64,000 nt of DNA from an uncultured Bdellovibrio sp. (GTDB taxonomy: Bacteria > Bdellovibrionota > Bdellovibrionia > Bdellovibrionales > Bdellovibrionaceae). Position numbers and translations under genes: made by a program. The stretch spans positions 352,001 through 416,000 of the forward strand of contig CAWVRN010000001.1 in NCBI GenBank assembly GCA_963932905.1, read 5' to 3'. This document shows positions 60,139 through 64,000 of this stretch, one piece after another; the stretch's first letter is position 1, and each line of letters begins with the position of its first letter. The notes under the pieces are model-generated. The model had not been told where the DNA came from and ran no database searches. It was given only the letters and a program-made list of their open reading frames with translations.

Positions 60139-60427
60139 GTTTCTAAGATTAGCTACGATACAACGACATTAACAATGAATAAAACAACGACACAAACTAC
60201 GTACAGGCGGATTAACTGCTTTTGCATGATTTTCCTTGGGGATTAAAGTTCTGACTGTAAAAATATCAGTCAGTAGATTGTTTGGTCAACGGTCACTGAC
60301 AAAAGTCTGGTCTGTATCGATCGCCGAAATGTCTCATATCGAGAAGTTTTTCTTTTGCCCTCATGTTCTAGGAAAAAATGTTCGATAATAATCTTAAGCG
60401 CAATAATCTAAACGCCGTGGAGGATTT

Positions 60428-60613
60428 ATGAAAACAGCTAGAAAAAATAAAGTGAAATTTTTGAAGAACCAAAAAGGTCAAGGTATGGTTGAGTATATCT
60501 TGTTACTTGTGGTCGTTGTTGGGTTAGTTTTTGCTTTCAAAGGCAGAATCACATCTAAATTCAACGAAGTTATGGGTAAAACTGAATCAAGCATGGACGG
60601 CGTAGTTAACTAG
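60428..60613 (+). CDS. flp: Flp-type pilin
   Basis: G|QGMVEYILL prepilin motif with hydrophobic helix. Confidence 0.9.
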   Translation: MKTARKNKVKFLKNQKGQGMVEYILLLVVVVGLVFAFKGRITSKFNEVMGKTESSMDGVVN

Positions 60614-60625
60614 TTAGGTTGATGA

Positions 60626-60817
60626 ATGACAATAGAATACGTTCTTCTACTTTTTTGTATGTTCATGATTGGCATTAAGTTTTTCTTTAGTGCGCCAATG
60701 GAAGCATTTCGTGACTACGGTCCGGTGCTTGGTGCGCGTGTTGAGAAACACTTAACGACTGGTCATGGCTTCAGAATGGAGAACGGTCAGGCGCTTCAAT
60801 GGCAAAAAGCAAAATAG
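60626..60817 (+). CDS. Flp/pseudopilin-like small protein
   Basis: MTIEYVLLL hydrophobic N-terminus. Confidence 0.65.
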   Translation: MTIEYVLLLFCMFMIGIKFFFSAPMEAFRDYGPVLGARVEKHLTTGHGFRMENGQALQWQKAK

Positions 60818-61068
60818 ATTTTAAAAATAGAAAATCCAAAGGGCAGTTTGTCGTTGAAGCCGTGCTTTTATTGTCAGTGGGAGTAATGCTTTTGATGGGT
60901 CTAAAGAAATGGGCCGATGAAAAGCAAATTTTTGCTAACATGCTGACAAAACCATGGGCTAAAATATCAGGTATGATAGAGAACGGTGCTTGGGGTGATC
61001 CCGCATCGACTCGAGCCATGCATCCTCATAACCACCAAAAGGTGGCGACTCTTCAACAGGAACCGTAA
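60799..61068 (+). CDS. Tad pseudopilin-like protein
   Basis: KG|QFVVEAVLL motif. Confidence 0.7.
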   Translation: MAKSKIDFKNRKSKGQFVVEAVLLLSVGVMLLMGLKKWADEKQIFANMLTKPWAKISGMIENGAWGDPASTRAMHPHNHQKVATLQQEP

Positions 61069-61098
61069 AAAAGCCACTGATGGCTTAAGGGAACTGAA

Positions 61099-61740
61099 AT
61101 GGCTTCGGCTAGGATTAACAGAAAAAATTCAAAAGGATTTTTGACCGTCGAATTTTCGGTGGCACTGTTAATTAGCGTTGCATTCAGTATTATGTTTTTT
61201 TGTATTGCATTTACTTTGTCGACAGCGTTTGTCGCCCAATATGTGGCGTTCTCAGTGGGAAGAATATACTCTGGTGGGCATGTCAGTGTCACCGAACAAG
61301 AAGCTTTAGCACGAAAGAAATTTACTAAAATGATGGCTGCGCCAGGAATGGGGAAGTTATTCTCCCAAGGTTGGTTTACGCTTGGTTATGACAACCCTGC
61401 TTTTCGCAGCGGTGTGGGTGGAGAAGTTTTCTCCGATTATACCAGCGCTAGTCCAGATGGGACCAGGTTAGCGGCGACAGGTGTGCGTTTAGTATTTGGA
61501 ACAAAATTACTAAATTTAAAATTGGGACCCTTGGGCAGTACAAACCCGAATGATGAACCCATGAACGCCAAAGTGACCGGCTTGATGATTAGAAACCCTA
61601 CACAGGAAGAATGTCAGAAGTTTTTTAATGTCGAAAATAGACATCGTGCTTTGATAGATATTGATGGACGATTTGGCCAATACGATACTCAGGCAGGCAG
61701 TAACCCGAAGTACTTTCCTATGGAGGATAACGGATGTTAA
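61099..61740 (+). CDS. TadE-like pseudopilin
   Basis: KG|FLTVEF plus TM. Confidence 0.75.
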   Translation: MASARINRKNSKGFLTVEFSVALLISVAFSIMFFCIAFTLSTAFVAQYVAFSVGRIYSGGHVSVTEQEALARKKFTKMMAAPGMGKLFSQGWFTLGYDNPAFRSGVGGEVFSDYTSASPDGTRLAATGVRLVFGTKLLNLKLGPLGSTNPNDEPMNAKVTGLMIRNPTQEECQKFFNVENRHRALIDIDGRFGQYDTQAGSNPKYFPMEDNGC

Positions 61741-62273
61741 GAAGCCAGCTAAGAAATGAAAAAGGGATGGCAGCTCTTGAAGTCGTTGGTATCTTTGCAG
61801 TGATCATGATTCTATTCAATTTCAGTTTAGGTTTTTTCGGCGTTATACAAACAGGCATTTTAAAAAGCATGGCAGCTAGGAACTATGCCATGGAAACTTA
61901 TCGTTTTCGTAGTAATTTGGATTTTTTTTGGCGTGAAGCTGCCAATCCAACCGATCTATCAAAATTTAGAAAATTTGGTAATCGATTCCATGGGATCACA
62001 TCTGAATATTCAGTGGATTCGGATAAATGGGTCGCGACTGCACGTCCGATTTCATTTGTTAGTTCATTCGGTGGCACTGATCAAGACGGAAATGAATACA
62101 ACCGCACTCCGCAAGCCGACAACAATGTGACTTTGCATAACACGACGATTTATCAGATACGGGATGATGGCAAACCTTTGTTAGACGATAAAGATAAGTA
62201 TAAAGCTTACCCTGTATGGATTAAATCTACTTACGGTATCTGCATCAACTTTGACTGCTCAAAAACTAACTAG
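61734..62273 (+). CDS. TadE-like pseudopilin
   Basis: KG|MAALE plus TM, AAR motif. Confidence 0.75.
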   Translation: MLRSQLRNEKGMAALEVVGIFAVIMILFNFSLGFFGVIQTGILKSMAARNYAMETYRFRSNLDFFWREAANPTDLSKFRKFGNRFHGITSEYSVDSDKWVATARPISFVSSFGGTDQDGNEYNRTPQADNNVTLHNTTIYQIRDDGKPLLDDKDKYKAYPVWIKSTYGICINFDCSKTN

Positions 62274-62533
62274 TCATTGCTCTGACTGTGCATAATTTAT
62301 TCACTCAAAGACTTAGTTTACAGAAATCACACTTTCCTTTTTTCACCCGCCCCGATTGCTAGTTATCTATGTTTCATACTGAGACGTTTAGGAAAACTAT
62401 CTAAACTTTCGACAATGAAAACAGTAAAATGAGTCTAGGTCTGTGGGGATTGTCGAAAAAATAGATAAGGAATACGTACTAAATACCGATAGATAATCGA
62501 ATAGTTTGATTAAATTTTCGAGAGGTCACTACT

Positions 62534-63412
62534 ATGGGAAACGAGTCAAAAAATCTTTGGATTTCCATCTTTGCTGGCGCCTTTGCTGCGTTCATGATTT
62601 ACAGTTATGCGCAGGAGCAGCGCAAGGCTATCAAAGAACAACTGGGTGCGCGAAAAGTTGTAGTGGTCGCTAAAGAAGATATTCCAGAAATGACGACGAT
62701 CTATGATTCGATGCTGGAAACAAAATCAGTTCCGGTAGATTTCGTTCCTGATGGTTTCTATTCTAACATGCAAGACATCGTAGGTAACGTATCGGCAGTT
62801 CCATTTAAAAAAGGCCAACCTGTTCTAAAAAATCATTTGTATTCACCTGGTGCAGACACCGGTATTGCCCTTCAAGTAGCGCCGTCGAAACGCGCAATTG
62901 CAATTCCAGTTGATGAAGTTCGTGGTGTTGCAAAACTAGTTCGTCCAGGTGACCGCATTGATATTTTTGTGGCGCTGGATATCGGTAAGGGTGCAGCTAT
63001 GCGACGAGAAAGTTTTTTATTGATGCAAAACGTAGTAGTTCTTGCCACTGGTGTCTCAGTTCAGAACAACATCCCACGTCTAATTGAATACGATTCAACT
63101 GGAAAAAATGCGATACAAACCTCTCTTACCGGCGATACGAAATATGGTACCATAACGATTGAGGCTGAGATTAAAGAAGCTCAGGATTTGGTATATATTT
63201 TATCCACGTCGCCAGGAAATATTTATCTGACTCTTCGAAATCCAACAGATGGAACATTGAAGGCCAGATTACCAAGTTCAACTGCAGATTCAATTTTGGC
63301 CCGAGCTACCGAAGGTAACGCAGCAGCAGTACCGGCTCCCGCATCAGCACCAACTCCTTCTTTTGGGGGGAATGTGCCAGGCGGAAAACCAAACGGCGGC
63401 GGCGGACGGTAA
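62534..63412 (+). CDS. cpaB: Flp pilus assembly protein CpaB/RcpC
   Basis: VVVAKEDI (SAF), RAIAIPVD, PGDRID, QNVVVLA, LTLRNP.D. Confidence 0.92.
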   Translation: MGNESKNLWISIFAGAFAAFMIYSYAQEQRKAIKEQLGARKVVVVAKEDIPEMTTIYDSMLETKSVPVDFVPDGFYSNMQDIVGNVSAVPFKKGQPVLKNHLYSPGADTGIALQVAPSKRAIAIPVDEVRGVAKLVRPGDRIDIFVALDIGKGAAMRRESFLLMQNVVVLATGVSVQNNIPRLIEYDSTGKNAIQTSLTGDTKYGTITIEAEIKEAQDLVYILSTSPGNIYLTLRNPTDGTLKARLPSSTADSILARATEGNAAAVPAPASAPTPSFGGNVPGGKPNGGGGR

Positions 63413-63432
63413 CAGGTTTAAGGGGGATTCAG

Positions 63433-64000
63433 ATGGCGATGTTTAAAAATCTATTAGTGGTGTTTCTACTCCTTAGCTTCCAATTTTCATTGGCGCAAGA
63501 TGCTGGTGGAGACGATAACGGGGCTGATGAAGCCAACACCGAAAATGAAGACAAATTGGCGGCAGACAAGACGGACACGGACAACGTAGTCACCGATGGA
63601 AACGAATTGAACGTTTCGTATCGTCAAGCTGAATATATAAATTTAACTTTTGGCATCGAAGAAGATAAAAAACTTCCTCCATTGCCTAAAAATGTTCGCT
63701 ACGACGGGTCCTACAAGGGTTTCGTTAAGCTAGAGTTCAACAGAAAATTAAACTTATTTCGATTTAAGCCTATCAAAGAAGGTTTTGGTACGCTTGTTAT
63801 CTATGACAAAAAGAACAATAAAAAAGTTGTCGAGTATCGCATCAGCGTTCGTAAGAATACTTTAGATAAAGTCGTTATCGAACTTAAAGGTATGCTGGCA
63901 GATATCGATGGTATCGCAATTAAGATCATCAATAATAAAGTTGTAATCGATGGTCAGGTATTAACTCCAAAAGATTTAATGCGTATTAAAAACGTAATTC
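63433..64000 (+). CDS. Probable CpaC/RcpA-like secretin, N-terminal part (truncated by window end)
   Basis: Open frame MAMFKNLLVVFLLLSFQFSLAQ...KVVIDGQVLTPKDLMRIKNVI with signal peptide and BON-like segment; follows cpaB. Confidence 0.7.
   Translation, partial: MAMFKNLLVVFLLLSFQFSLAQDAGGDDNGADEANTENEDKLAADKTDTDNVVTDGNELNVSYRQAEYINLTFGIEEDKKLPPLPKNVRYDGSYKGFVKLEFNRKLNLFRFKPIKEGFGTLVIYDKKNNKKVVEYRISVRKNTLDKVVIELKGMLADIDGIAIKIINNKVVIDGQVLTPKDLMRIKNVI

Overview
The window appears to come from a Bdellovibrionota-like predatory bacterium. This is inferred from gene content only (Tad/Flp locus, compact ast-like operon, many secreted hypotheticals). About 1472-37902 is a ~36 kb integrative conjugative element (ICE) inserted at the 3' end of tRNA-Ser(GCT). 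It carries a tyrosine integrase and excisionase, a MOBC/Replic_Relax-type relaxase, an FtsK-type coupling ATPase and a compact VirB2/3/4/5/6/8/9/10-like T4SS. Its cargo includes a 2.7-kaa teneurin-like RHS toxin with immunity genes and an orphan C-terminal cassette. The most notable cargo is a six-gene operon preceded by a sigma54-type promoter: NtrC-type regulator, MFS exporter, orphan peptide-binding lipoprotein, hybrid histidine kinase, an unannotated 26-aa Cys-free precursor peptide (26600-26680) and a stand-alone LanM-type dehydratase/kinase domain. Together these look like a self-contained modified-peptide (RiPP) quorum-sensing circuit. A second, tandem island seems to extend left of ~1470. 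The region from ~37.9 kb onward is core chromosome: tRNA-Arg, clostripain-like protease, groES-groEL, mltG, an ast-like arginine catabolism cluster, bamD, hpt and the start of a Tad/Flp pilus locus. All calls were made by eye, with no database searches.
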